64,000 nt of DNA from Myxococcales bacterium (GCA_014240165.1 JAAZXM010000013.1:10647-74646), one strand, 5' to 3'; shown: positions 46,770 through 56,785, counted from the stretch's first letter. Program-made: numbers and translations. The notes: a model not told the origin generated them from the sequence alone.

Positions 46770-49700
46770 ATGCGCCAGATCGAGTCCAATTCGTCCAAAA
46801 CTGTGACGGAGCAGTGGGTGCAACTGCTATTCGCGGTCGCGGCCGGGTTGCTCGGCCTCGCGACTCACGCCTCGGGAAAAGCACCAATCCCCGCTTTGCC
46901 AAGCCTGGACACAATCAGCTTTTCACAGGGACCCATCAAAGCGGGCCTCTTCACGCCCCTGGCCGCCGAACCCGCTTGGTGGGAGACGGCCCAAGGAAAC
47001 CTGGCCGCAAGCGAATACCGCGCGAGCCCAACGCCCCGCGGACTCCAGGCGCCCAACCGTGCCCACGGTCTGCGCACCTATTTCGAAAGCAGCCGCATCC
47101 GCCTGCACGAACGCTCAGCCTTGGACGGTGATGCGTTGGCCACTCTGACCTTCAAGGGCCTGGGGCGAGGCTCGGCACTCGTGAGCGCGGGGAGAGGCGA
47201 GATTACCCACCGCGGCGCCCGGGTTGAGATCGCACGACCCGGCGTCACCGAATGGTATGAGAACTCCCCACGCGGTCTTGAGCAGGGTTTTGACGTGGAT
47301 GCAGCGCCCCCGGGCGAGGGCCCGCTGGTCGTGGAACTCGACGTCGGACGGGCCACGGCATCCCTTCACGGTGACTTCGTCCTGCTTAACACGCAGGCGG
47401 GGCGACGACTTCGTTACAGCAAGCTCGTAGCCTGGGACGCATTGGGGCACCCCCTCGCCTCCCGACTGGAAGTGTACTCGAAACACGTGGTGCGACTGGT
47501 GGTGGAAGACCAGGGAGCGGCTTATCCCATCGTGATCGACCCGCTGATCACCGCCGTCCCCGACGCCACCCTCGAGTCGAACCATGTGTGGTCCGGATCC
47601 TTCGACTCGGCAATGTTCGGCCACTCCGTGGCGAGTGCAGGAGACGTCAACGCAGACGGCTACGCGGACATCGTGGTGGGCGCGTATGGCTGGGACCTCG
47701 CCGGGGGTCTCTTCGACGAGGGGGCCGCCTTCGTTTTCCTGGGCGGTCCCGATGGGATCGTGGGCACCGACCCCGCCACCGCCCACGCCGTGCTCCTGGG
47801 CGACCAGGCTCCCGCGGAGTTCGGGACCAGCGTCGCGGGGGCGGGCGATGTCAACGGCGACGGTTTCTCGGATATCGTCATCGGCGCGCCCTCCTACAGC
47901 AGCCCGACGGTCGCGGGCGGAGCCGCTTTCGTATTCCTCGGAAGTCCGGCGGGGATCGTCGGCACCGGGCCCGCCGATGCCCACGCGCGCATCTTCGGGA
48001 ACGACGCCGACTCGGACCTCGGTAGATCAGTCGCGTCGGCCGGTGATGTCAACAACGATGGATTCGGCGACATCATCTTGGCCGCAACCCCCGGTCCCCG
48101 TAGCGTCGGCGGGGCGGCCCTGGTCTTCCACGGCAGCCCGGCCGGAATCACCGGCACCGGCGTCGACGACGCAAACCGGGTCATCCTCCACGTTCCAGGT
48201 GCGCCCGTCGGCCGGTTGGCAGAGGATGTCGCGGGAGCAGGCGACGTCAACGGCGACGGTTTCGACGATGTGCTCATTTCCGCAAGCGTCAGTTTCGACC
48301 CCGATGACGGCCGCTACGCGATGGTTTTCCACGGGAGTCCTGCTGGCATCACCGGCACGACCCCCGCCTCCGCGAACCACACGATCACAGGAGACGCGAC
48401 CGTCGATCTGAGCGTGGGGCTTTCGGGCGCTGGCGATATCAACGGCGATGGATTCGACGACATCCTCCTCGCGGACACCGGCTACCCGACCGGATTCACC
48501 AGCGGCGGGCATGGAGCGTTCATGCTCTTCCACGGGAGTGCGGCGGGCATTACCGCCACCACAACTTCTGCTGCAGATACCTTGATCGAGGGAGACCTCC
48601 CCATCGTGATCCTGGGTCCGGTTCAGGCCCTGGGCCGCCGCCTTGCCCCAGCCGGAGATATCGATGGCGACGGCTTCGGGGACATCCTGGTGGGGGGCCT
48701 CGAATTCCCGGGCAGCCTCGACAACGAAGGCGTCGCGTACGTGTTCCGAGGAAGCGCGAGTGGGCTGGTAGGAAGCAGCCTGGCGGACGCCCACGTGCGT
48801 CTCCAGACTGGCCAGACGGGCGGGGCACAGCGCAACCGGTACGGCCTCGACGTCGCAGGGGCGGGCGATGTCAATGGCGATGGCTTCGCGGACGTTCTGA
48901 TGGGCGCCGGACTCTACGACGCGGGGGAAACCGACGAGGGCGTGGTCTTCGTCTATCACGGCGGGGCTGGCTCCGGGGGCCCGGTCAACCAGGCCCCGGT
49001 TGCCTACGCGGGCACCGACCAATCAGTCCAGGATGCCGACGGCAATGGTTCGGAGGAGATTACCCTGGACGGCAGCGCATCCTTCGACCCGGACGGCTCC
49101 ATCGTGAGTTACGAATGGTTCAAGGGCTCGACGCCGCTCGGCACCGGCGCCGTGCTCACCACCGCGCTCCCCACCACGGGCACCCAGAGCGTTTCCCTGG
49201 TGGTGACCGATGACGGGGGCACGACTGCATCGGATGGGCTCACGGTCCGGGTCGAAGCGCCAGCCGACGTCTTTGCCCACCAGGAAAGTTTCAGCTCCGG
49301 GCTGGGCAACTGGGTCGTCGACGGAGACATCACGACCATCCCCAGTTCGGGCTTCCCGAGTGGAACGTGGGCCCAGATCGGCGCCGCCGGAGCTTTCATG
49401 CGCCTCTCGGTCGCGATGCCGGCGGGCAGCACGGGAATGAAGCTGAGATTCTGGGGCAAGGCGAGCCAGTTCGGGGCGTCGGACCAGTTGCTCATCAAGG
49501 CCAGCGTTGGTGGGGGGCCGTTTGTGACCTTCGACACGCTCAGGCCCCAGGACGAGGGACTCGACAACGATGCGATGAGCTTCTATGGCGGAAGCGTCGG
49601 TCATGGCCCGGTCAGCACCACCTGGGTGCCCGCCACCGCCTCGAACGTCGTATTCGAAATTCAATCGGACATGGACAGCGGCCTCTTCACCATCGGCGGA

Positions 49701-50531
49701 TCGATCGAGGTGCGGGCCCTGATCGGAAACCCGTCGCCCGTCGCCGACGCAGGCCCCGACCAGTCGGCTACGGATTCGGACGGCGATGGTGTGGAATCCT
49801 TCACCCTCGACGGCTCGGGATCCGCGGACCCGAACGGAAGCATCGTCTCCTACGAATGGCGCGACGGCGCCACCCTGCTGGGGAGCACCGCTTCCCTCGT
49901 CGCCCCCCTATCGGCGGGTGTCCACACCGTCGTCTTGACAGTGACAGACGATGGCGGCGAGACCGCGAGCAACAGCGCCGTGATCACAGTAGACGCCACG
50001 GGTTGCACGACCCACGCCGAGTGCGATGACGGGGTCTTCTGCAACGGCGCCGAGATCTGCGACCCAGTACTCGACTGCCAGCCCGGGACGCCGGTGGTCA
50101 TCGACGACGGCGTCGCCTGCACCGACGACAGCTGCGACGAAGTCGGCAACGTGGTCGTCAACGCCATCAACAACGCCCACTGCGACAACGGACAGTTCTG
50201 CGACGGCTCCGAGACCTGCGACGCGATCAACGACTGCCAGGCCGGGACGCCGGTGGCGGTGGATGACAGCGTGGCGTGCACGGTGGATGCCTGCGACGAA
50301 GTCGGCGATGTCTTGACTCACGTTGCGGATGCCGGGGTTTGCGACGACGGCGACCCCTGCACAGCCGAGATCTGCGACTCGACAACCGGCTGCTCGAACG
50401 TCGCCGTGGAGGGCTGCGCGGTTTCGGTGCCCTCGGGCGGCCCCGGCGGAATCTTGCTTCTGGGGCTGCTCCTTTTGGCCACGGCGCTCCGCGAAATCGT
50501 GACTTCCCCGAGGGCCGCCCGCTCCGTCTGA
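46770..50531 (+). CDS. Giant secreted surface protein: FG-GAP (integrin-alpha-like) repeats, two PKD-like domains, Myxococcus-type Cys-rich repeats, C-terminal sorting-like tail
   Basis: 1253 aa. There are at least 8 repeats of the type GDVNGDGFSDIVIGAP. Two PKD-like modules (LDGSASFDPDGSIVSYEW..., LDGSGSADPNGSIVSYEW...). Cys repeats (CDDGVFCNGAEICD, CDNGQFCDGSETCD). Tail SGGPGGILLLGLLLLATALRE. Confidence 0.85.
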   Translation: MRQIESNSSKTVTEQWVQLLFAVAAGLLGLATHASGKAPIPALPSLDTISFSQGPIKAGLFTPLAAEPAWWETAQGNLAASEYRASPTPRGLQAPNRAHGLRTYFESSRIRLHERSALDGDALATLTFKGLGRGSALVSAGRGEITHRGARVEIARPGVTEWYENSPRGLEQGFDVDAAPPGEGPLVVELDVGRATASLHGDFVLLNTQAGRRLRYSKLVAWDALGHPLASRLEVYSKHVVRLVVEDQGAAYPIVIDPLITAVPDATLESNHVWSGSFDSAMFGHSVASAGDVNADGYADIVVGAYGWDLAGGLFDEGAAFVFLGGPDGIVGTDPATAHAVLLGDQAPAEFGTSVAGAGDVNGDGFSDIVIGAPSYSSPTVAGGAAFVFLGSPAGIVGTGPADAHARIFGNDADSDLGRSVASAGDVNNDGFGDIILAATPGPRSVGGAALVFHGSPAGITGTGVDDANRVILHVPGAPVGRLAEDVAGAGDVNGDGFDDVLISASVSFDPDDGRYAMVFHGSPAGITGTTPASANHTITGDATVDLSVGLSGAGDINGDGFDDILLADTGYPTGFTSGGHGAFMLFHGSAAGITATTTSAADTLIEGDLPIVILGPVQALGRRLAPAGDIDGDGFGDILVGGLEFPGSLDNEGVAYVFRGSASGLVGSSLADAHVRLQTGQTGGAQRNRYGLDVAGAGDVNGDGFADVLMGAGLYDAGETDEGVVFVYHGGAGSGGPVNQAPVAYAGTDQSVQDADGNGSEEITLDGSASFDPDGSIVSYEWFKGSTPLGTGAVLTTALPTTGTQSVSLVVTDDGGTTASDGLTVRVEAPADVFAHQESFSSGLGNWVVDGDITTIPSSGFPSGTWAQIGAAGAFMRLSVAMPAGSTGMKLRFWGKASQFGASDQLLIKASVGGGPFVTFDTLRPQDEGLDNDAMSFYGGSVGHGPVSTTWVPATASNVVFEIQSDMDSGLFTIGGSIEVRALIGNPSPVADAGPDQSATDSDGDGVESFTLDGSGSADPNGSIVSYEWRDGATLLGSTASLVAPLSAGVHTVVLTVTDDGGETASNSAVITVDATGCTTHAECDDGVFCNGAEICDPVLDCQPGTPVVIDDGVACTDDSCDEVGNVVVNAINNAHCDNGQFCDGSETCDAINDCQAGTPVAVDDSVACTVDACDEVGDVLTHVADAGVCDDGDPCTAEICDSTTGCSNVAVEGCAVSVPSGGPGGILLLGLLLLATALREIVTSPRAARSV

Positions 50532-50786
50532 CCCGGGAAACCGCCGATCGTCGGAAAAGTTGGGATCAGCCCCTCCCGTACTCTCCCTCGCCGCTTCCGC
50601 GATTCGATCCGAATCGCGCTCCCCCGCCGACTACTTCCTCATGGTTCGAGGGGGAGAAACGAGGAGCGATCGGCGGGTGGATGAGGGGGAGAACCGGGCC
50701 AACTCCACTGGGTCCCGGACCTTCGGGGGGGTGCAGAAACCTCGACCAACCAAGCCCATCCGACCCGCTCTTCGCAGCGAGGGAAC

Positions 50787-52898
50787 GTGATGACCCAGCC
50801 CAATTTTCAGCGTGAACGGCCCATCGGCGCCGCGATTCCACTCTCTTCGGCCGACCCGTCGCCTCTGGGGCGCGCACCGATCACGACCCAAGACTATCCT
50901 CAGCACCCGAGCAAGTCGGCCGCTCCCGCGACCGCCCCGCCGAAGAGTCTTCTTTTCTTGCGCAGCGGGCTCTCGGCCGCATCGGTCGCGAAGGTCGACG
51001 CCCCCTGGTGCATCGCCGATCTCGAGGATTCCGTCCCCCTGCACCGCAAGCCCGCGATGCGGCAATGGTTGGTCTCATTACTCGAGGCCGGCTCTTTTCG
51101 AGACCGCGGACTGATGGTCCGGGTCAACGGATTGGATCGATTCGAGGAGGCGATCAAAGACCTTCAGACGTGTCTTCACCCGGATATCGACCAACTGATC
51201 CTCCCCATGTTGACGAGTGCCGAAGACGTGCGCCGCTTCGACGAACTGGTCTCAGCGGAAGAAGCCCGGCTGGGCATCCATGTCGGATCGATCGGCTTTT
51301 TCTGCCTGCTCGAGCGACCCGCAGCCATCCTCGACGCCCATGCGATCGTCGGCGCTTCACCCCGAGTTCGCGCCGCGGGGTTCGGACATGCGGATTTCCT
51401 CGCCGAACTCGGCGGCGTGGCCAGCGATGCCAGCCTGGCCAGCGCCCGTTCGGCGGTGGTCATGGCCGCACGCGCTCACGCTATCCCGGCGATTGCCTCG
51501 CCTTTCCTCGACTTCAAGGACGAACGCAGCTTCGGGCGAGAATGCGAAAAAATGAAGAGCCTCGGCTTCCAGGGCATCTTCACGATTCATCCGGGGCAGG
51601 ACCTCCCCGCGCGGAAGATCTTTGCCCCGAGCGCCAGCGAAGAGCGTGAAGCGCGTGAACTCATCGACCAATTCGAGAACGGCCGGGGCATCCGGGTCCA
51701 CAAGGGCAAAATGGTGGGCCCGCCCATGTTGGCCAAGGCCGAGGAGACCCTCAGGCGAGCGGAAGCCCGGCCGAAGCGCCCTGGGCCGATCTCTGTCATC
51801 GAGGGCCGCGTTCCCCGCTACGGCCTTGACCTCGCGAGTGCCCGGGTGGGGCAGGTGATGGAATGCCCCGTGGAAATCACCGTGGACGCCGGTTGGCGGA
51901 CGCTCTGGCAAGCTTCGTTCCCGTCTTCATCACGCATCCACTCGAGCAGCGAATACGCCCGGGGGTGGGGCCTCGATGACACCGCCCTCCCCTTTGGCAT
52001 GCTCCTGAACCTGACCCTCTGCCTGGCGGTGGAACCCTTCAGCGAATCCTGCCGCCTGCATCTTGGACTCGAGGATGCCCGCCAGGAAGCCTGCGCGACC
52101 ATCGGCGACACCTTCCGCGGTTATGTGCGCATAGAGAGCATGGCGAACACATCACGCGGAGACGCCAGCGTGATTCGCACGACCCATATCCTGATGAACC
52201 AGCGAGGCGAGCGCGTCTTTCGGCTTTCCAAGGACTCCTACTACGACATCCTTTCCAGCGAGCAACCGCGGAAGAAAGCGAACCCCAATTCGCAATACGC
52301 CAGCCTCTTCGGTGACGCGCCTCAAACGCACCGCGGCCGCATCGAAGCCTGCGCAGCCCCCCCGGAAGGACCGCGCGCTCCCCTGACCCCCGGCGAAGTC
52401 ATCCTGCACCCGCCTGTACGGCCCATCGGAATCAGCGAGAACCTTCTGCTCACCACGCTCTTCCGGAACACCCACCCCGTGCACTCAGACACCCAACACT
52501 TCGGGCACGACGGCCTGATTGTGTGCGGCGGGTTCGTCCAAGCCCTCGCCCAGGCCTGCAGCGAGCGCGAGTTTCGGCCAATCCTGGACGAACGACTCGA
52601 GCGTTCGCACCATATCAACCCAGTCGCCCCGGGCGAGCGCATCGGCGCCATCAGTCGCGTCCTGGATATCCGCCCGATCTCCGACCATCTTGAGGAGGTT
52701 CGCGTCCACACGCTCGGCCTCCGCGAAGTCGACGTAGCCAGCGAACTCGCGGGCCTTCCCCTTCCCGAGGAACTCTTCAGCCCGGGACAGTCAAAGCCTT
52801 CGGATATTCAATCCCTATGCGCCGAGTACTGCCCTCAACTGGAAAACAAGATTGCACTTCGAGCCCTTCGCGTTCTGCTCCGCAGTCGCACTGGCTGA
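50787..52898 (+). CDS. Fusion protein: HpcH/HpaI-CitE-like acyl-CoA lyase (N) plus double MaoC-like hotdog hydratase (C)
   Basis: N-half: ADLEDSVP...LILPMLTSAEDV...FQGIFTIHPGQ (CitE beta-subunit-like). C-half: two hotdog-like segments, the second with RNTHPVHSD...GLIVCGGF (hydratase-2-like motif). The true start is uncertain because the first 50 aa are low complexity. Confidence 0.78.
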   Translation: MMTQPNFQRERPIGAAIPLSSADPSPLGRAPITTQDYPQHPSKSAAPATAPPKSLLFLRSGLSAASVAKVDAPWCIADLEDSVPLHRKPAMRQWLVSLLEAGSFRDRGLMVRVNGLDRFEEAIKDLQTCLHPDIDQLILPMLTSAEDVRRFDELVSAEEARLGIHVGSIGFFCLLERPAAILDAHAIVGASPRVRAAGFGHADFLAELGGVASDASLASARSAVVMAARAHAIPAIASPFLDFKDERSFGRECEKMKSLGFQGIFTIHPGQDLPARKIFAPSASEEREARELIDQFENGRGIRVHKGKMVGPPMLAKAEETLRRAEARPKRPGPISVIEGRVPRYGLDLASARVGQVMECPVEITVDAGWRTLWQASFPSSSRIHSSSEYARGWGLDDTALPFGMLLNLTLCLAVEPFSESCRLHLGLEDARQEACATIGDTFRGYVRIESMANTSRGDASVIRTTHILMNQRGERVFRLSKDSYYDILSSEQPRKKANPNSQYASLFGDAPQTHRGRIEACAAPPEGPRAPLTPGEVILHPPVRPIGISENLLLTTLFRNTHPVHSDTQHFGHDGLIVCGGFVQALAQACSEREFRPILDERLERSHHINPVAPGERIGAISRVLDIRPISDHLEEVRVHTLGLREVDVASELAGLPLPEELFSPGQSKPSDIQSLCAEYCPQLENKIALRALRVLLRSRTG

Positions 52899-52943
52899 TA
52901 CCACGCGCTCAGAACCGACCGGAACCAATAACGAAGAGGCGAA

Positions 52944-55115
52944 TTAATTCTTCTCTCGCCCCTGGTTCCCTCGCAAAGTGATATCGAAATCACATTCCAA
53001 AAAGCCTACCCCGCGCCCTGCCAGACGATCGAGATCGCCCGCCACATCAAAATAGAGATAGTGGTCATGCTCGAGGTCGAGGCAACTCGGCACCACGCCC
53101 GACACGATGGCGTCGATCTGGCGCTCACCATCGAGCGGTGCGGCATCATCGAAGGCCTCTGTGTTCTCGGGAGTGGGTGTCGGGTCCACGACGCCCATCA
53201 TGCGCATATCCTCATGCTCCACGGTATGGCAGTGAAATACAAAAGGACCGCTGAACGTCCGGAACTTGACGAAACACTCGGCCTCTTCGCCGCCATGTAG
53301 AAGCGTCAGATCCTGGTTGTAACGCCTTTCGCGACGGGGAAGCTTTCCGTTGAGGGACTTCACCTGATGGCCCTCGAGGTGCGTATGCATGGGATGCCAC
53401 CAGCCCCCAGCATTGTTGGCGAACCACCAACGCTCGGCCCCGACTCCCAGGTCGGGAACGCCATCGGCACGCCGCGGGTTGAAGAAGCGGTTGTTTATCG
53501 TGAACGCGCCCATCGCTCTATCCGTTCGGAAAGTCCGTGTCTCGACGATCTCATCCTCCCTGATCGGGGCCCACTGCCCCGGCAGATCAGGGTCATCGTC
53601 TACGCCCTCGCCAACATCTACGGCGAAGCCGCGAATCACAGTCCCCTCCTCGCAGGGAACTTCGGGCTCGGGGAGCGCATCTCCGACAACGTTGAACTTG
53701 AGCAAGCGGGTCGGACTGTCCGGATCGACCTTCTTGCCCTTTCGGCCGTCGGTCTGCTCCATGATGTTCTCGATATAGACCTCGTCTCCTTCATCATAAA
53801 TTGAGAAGTCGATGATCACATCGTGCCGCATGCCCGAGGAGACTTCGAAGCTCTCCACTTCGATTCCACGAGGCAAAAGCCAGCTATCGGTCCCGATAAT
53901 GCACATCTTCTGACCACTGCTCAGCCTCATTTCGTAAACACGGGCGTTGGAGGCATTCAGGATCCGGAAGCGGTATTTCCTGCGCTCGACGTTGAAATAC
54001 GGCTGGACCTTACCATTGACAGTAAAGACGTCACCGATGTGACCATTGTGATCCAGGAAATCGTAATAGATCGTGCCGTCCGCGTTGAAGCGATGGTCTG
54101 TAAAGGCGAGCCCAATATCCTGATCACCGCCGGGAGCAGGGAGCACACCTCGCTTGGCCAACTCGAGTTCGCGCTCATCGACAACAAGATAAAAACCCGC
54201 CAGCCCCTTGATCACGTTGAAGCCCGTCACGTCCATGGCGTGATCGTGATACCACAAGGTGGTGGGGATCCATGCCTCATCGAAATTGTCCCCATGGACC
54301 GGCGCGATATTGGTTTCCGGGTCCGTCGCCTGGGGGCCGCAATTCGTATACCAGTAGTCCCGAGCTTCCCCCGCCAGCGTATAGAAGTCCGGGTAGCCGT
54401 CGGCGTGCGCAGTATTGTGCCCGCCATGCAGGTGTATTGAAGTCTCGTGGGCGTGGTGCGTTGAGTTGACCTGACCGTCTTCCCCTGTGCCACGGTGTTC
54501 CGTGAGATCGTTATAACAGCGCAGGACAGAGGGCTGCCGGTAGCGAACCACCATCGTGGGGCCGGGACTTGAGCCTGAACCGGGCGGGTCGTTGACATCT
54601 CTATAGGTGAAAATAGGAACTTCCGGACCGCCGGGAACGAAGCGGTGGAGCGTTTCCTCAACAACCAGACCCCACTCCACTTCGTGCGTATCCCCGTCGC
54701 TGAACCCAGTATTAAACTGATTCATGTCGGGGAAATGGCCGAACTCCGGCGCAATCGCGTGAGTGACGTCGTCGAATGAGCCCGTGGGTGCAATGGGGTC
54801 TCGACCCGCGCCCCCGTTCCGAGGGTAGGCTGCGGGCTTGGGGTCCAGGCGCTGCTCGTCTTTGAGCGGCTCGAGTACCTTCGGCAATACGAGTTTCTGG
54901 GTAAAGGGCTCGTAGCCGAAGAAGAGGCCCTCCCCCTCAGCCGACAGATTGGCGCTGTCTTCGCTCTTCCTGTCACCTCTTTTACCCTTTTTGCCTTTAC
55001 CCCCGCGCCTCCCGCGTCTCGATGAGGCATCGAATGGAAGACTGACCGCACCTGCAAGACCTGCGAGAAGGCTCCGCTTAATCAAAGACCGACGACTAAT
55101 CGCCATAGAAAACAC
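52944..55115 (-). CDS. Tat-exported multicopper oxidase (CotA/bilirubin-oxidase-like)
   Basis: Twin-arginine signal ISRRSLIKRSLLAGLAG. Copper motifs HLHGGH, WYHDHAM, HPMHTHLEGH and HCHTVEHEDMRMM. Confidence 0.88.
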   Translation of the reverse strand: MFSMAISRRSLIKRSLLAGLAGAVSLPFDASSRRGRRGGKGKKGKRGDRKSEDSANLSAEGEGLFFGYEPFTQKLVLPKVLEPLKDEQRLDPKPAAYPRNGGAGRDPIAPTGSFDDVTHAIAPEFGHFPDMNQFNTGFSDGDTHEVEWGLVVEETLHRFVPGGPEVPIFTYRDVNDPPGSGSSPGPTMVVRYRQPSVLRCYNDLTEHRGTGEDGQVNSTHHAHETSIHLHGGHNTAHADGYPDFYTLAGEARDYWYTNCGPQATDPETNIAPVHGDNFDEAWIPTTLWYHDHAMDVTGFNVIKGLAGFYLVVDERELELAKRGVLPAPGGDQDIGLAFTDHRFNADGTIYYDFLDHNGHIGDVFTVNGKVQPYFNVERRKYRFRILNASNARVYEMRLSSGQKMCIIGTDSWLLPRGIEVESFEVSSGMRHDVIIDFSIYDEGDEVYIENIMEQTDGRKGKKVDPDSPTRLLKFNVVGDALPEPEVPCEEGTVIRGFAVDVGEGVDDDPDLPGQWAPIREDEIVETRTFRTDRAMGAFTINNRFFNPRRADGVPDLGVGAERWWFANNAGGWWHPMHTHLEGHQVKSLNGKLPRRERRYNQDLTLLHGGEEAECFVKFRTFSGPFVFHCHTVEHEDMRMMGVVDPTPTPENTEAFDDAAPLDGERQIDAIVSGVVPSCLDLEHDHYLYFDVAGDLDRLAGRGVGFLECDFDITLRGNQGREKN

Positions 55116-55453
55116 CCCTCAATCACACCAACTTCAACTACGTCAACAACTTCAGTGACCTACTAAACAGACCCACTACTAACTGCTCGCGCACACCACT
55201 TCAAGAAAAACATGGCGTCCGTTCTGGCTCTCCGCTTGAAAAATCCAAGACACCAGACTTGGCCTCGGGAGCTACCTCAGACATGCACCATGACTGCCAC
55301 TCGACTGGGTTGGCAAGTACATATATCGACGGGATACTTGCGCCGAGTACGGCATGCTGGAGTTTCGCGCGCCTTACTTGTTTTAAGTAGCGCGCGACAC
55401 CTTCGGGCTTCTCTTCAGAATCTCTTAGCCTTCAAAGCCTTGGGCCCAAGCCT

Positions 55454-56785
55454 CTATCGGCCCACCGAGTCCCGATTCGCAAGGTCTTCGGCCAACGTGC
55501 GTGCCGAGCGGTGAAAAAAAATCGCCCCCAATGCACCCAAAACGCTGATCGAAAGAAGCGAATAGCGGATCGCCTCGTCACCCCAATACGGCGCGTACTG
55601 GTCATTCAGAAATCCGACGACCAGTGGGCCCAGGCCCGCCCCCACGAGGTTCACGATAAAAAGAAGAAGCGCCGCCGCGGTGGCCCGCATGCTCAGTTTT
55701 GCCAGGTTCTGATTCAGGGAATGCATCGCGGGAACATAGATATTCGCCAGAACGTAGAACACGAAAAAGCTCAGCATCGCAAGCAACTTCGAATCCGATA
55801 ACAGAAACAGGAACGCGAAGGGAAGACATACCCAGGTCGCCCGTGCGGGAAATCGCATCGCCCAGGCGGGGTCGCGTTGGGATAGCCGGTCAGTCATCGT
55901 GCCTCCAGCCAATGTTCCCAGGCTTCCCCCCAAACCCACGATGGCCGCCATCCAGAGTCCGATATCCAGGGGCGACATGTGGTGGACCCGGCCGAAAAAC
56001 TCGTAGCCCCACATCAACACGCCATAGCCCATCAGGGAGAGAAAGCAGGAACCTGCAACGAGGTTCGTCCATGATGGACAGGAGACCAGGTAACTCAGCG
56101 TTTGACGAAAAGTGCTCGGTTCCGAACTGATCGGTTTCGACTCCGAGTAGCCGCGCGGCGGCTCCTTCACGGTGAAACGAACAACCAGGGCGAAGAACAA
56201 ACCCGGCAACCCGAGCAGGATGAAAGGAGTTCGCCAATCCTCCGCGAACTGCTCACGCAGATATCCGCCGAACAAATAGGCGAGAGCGGAGCCGATATAG
56301 ACCCCCCAGGCATAAATGCCCAAAGCCGTTGCGCGCTTCGAAGGCGGAAAATAATCCGAGATCAACGAGTGAGCAGGCGGACTGCCCGCGGCCTCTCCCA
56401 CCCCGACCCCCACCCGAAAAAGCGCCAGTTGGACAAAGCTCCGCGCGTAGCCGGAGCCCACAGTCATGGCACTCCAAACAGTGAGGCCCAGGGCGATGAT
56501 GGTGCGCCGATTGCCCCGATCCGCCCAGCGCGCGATGGGAATACCCGCGATCGTGTAGAAGAGCGCAAAGGCGAAACCCACCAGCAGGCCCATCATGGTA
56601 TCCGAGACCCCAAACTCCTCCTTGATGGGCCCGATGAATACCGAAAGGATCTGGCGGTCAATGAAATTGATTACGTATACGACGAAAAGAACGCCGAGCA
56701 CGTAATTCGAATAATGCGAACTATTCGCCCCCCCGCCTTCGGCCTCTACTTCGCCCGGACTGAATCTGTCATTGCTTTCCGTCAT
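55454..56785 (-). CDS. MFS transporter (Spinster-like)
   Basis: About 12 TM segments. Motif INFIDRQILSV...GIPIARWADRGNRR is typical of MFS_1. Confidence 0.85.
   Translation of the reverse strand: MTESNDRFSPGEVEAEGGGANSSHYSNYVLGVLFVVYVINFIDRQILSVFIGPIKEEFGVSDTMMGLLVGFAFALFYTIAGIPIARWADRGNRRTIIALGLTVWSAMTVGSGYARSFVQLALFRVGVGVGEAAGSPPAHSLISDYFPPSKRATALGIYAWGVYIGSALAYLFGGYLREQFAEDWRTPFILLGLPGLFFALVVRFTVKEPPRGYSESKPISSEPSTFRQTLSYLVSCPSWTNLVAGSCFLSLMGYGVLMWGYEFFGRVHHMSPLDIGLWMAAIVGLGGSLGTLAGGTMTDRLSQRDPAWAMRFPARATWVCLPFAFLFLLSDSKLLAMLSFFVFYVLANIYVPAMHSLNQNLAKLSMRATAAALLLFIVNLVGAGLGPLVVGFLNDQYAPYWGDEAIRYSLLSISVLGALGAIFFHRSARTLAEDLANRDSVGR

Noticed and set aside
47115-49664. Minus-strand ORFs 47115-47984, 48027-49022 and 49023-49664
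   Set aside because: They are antisense to the 1253-aa FG-GAP gene, whose repeat architecture is coherent in the plus frame.
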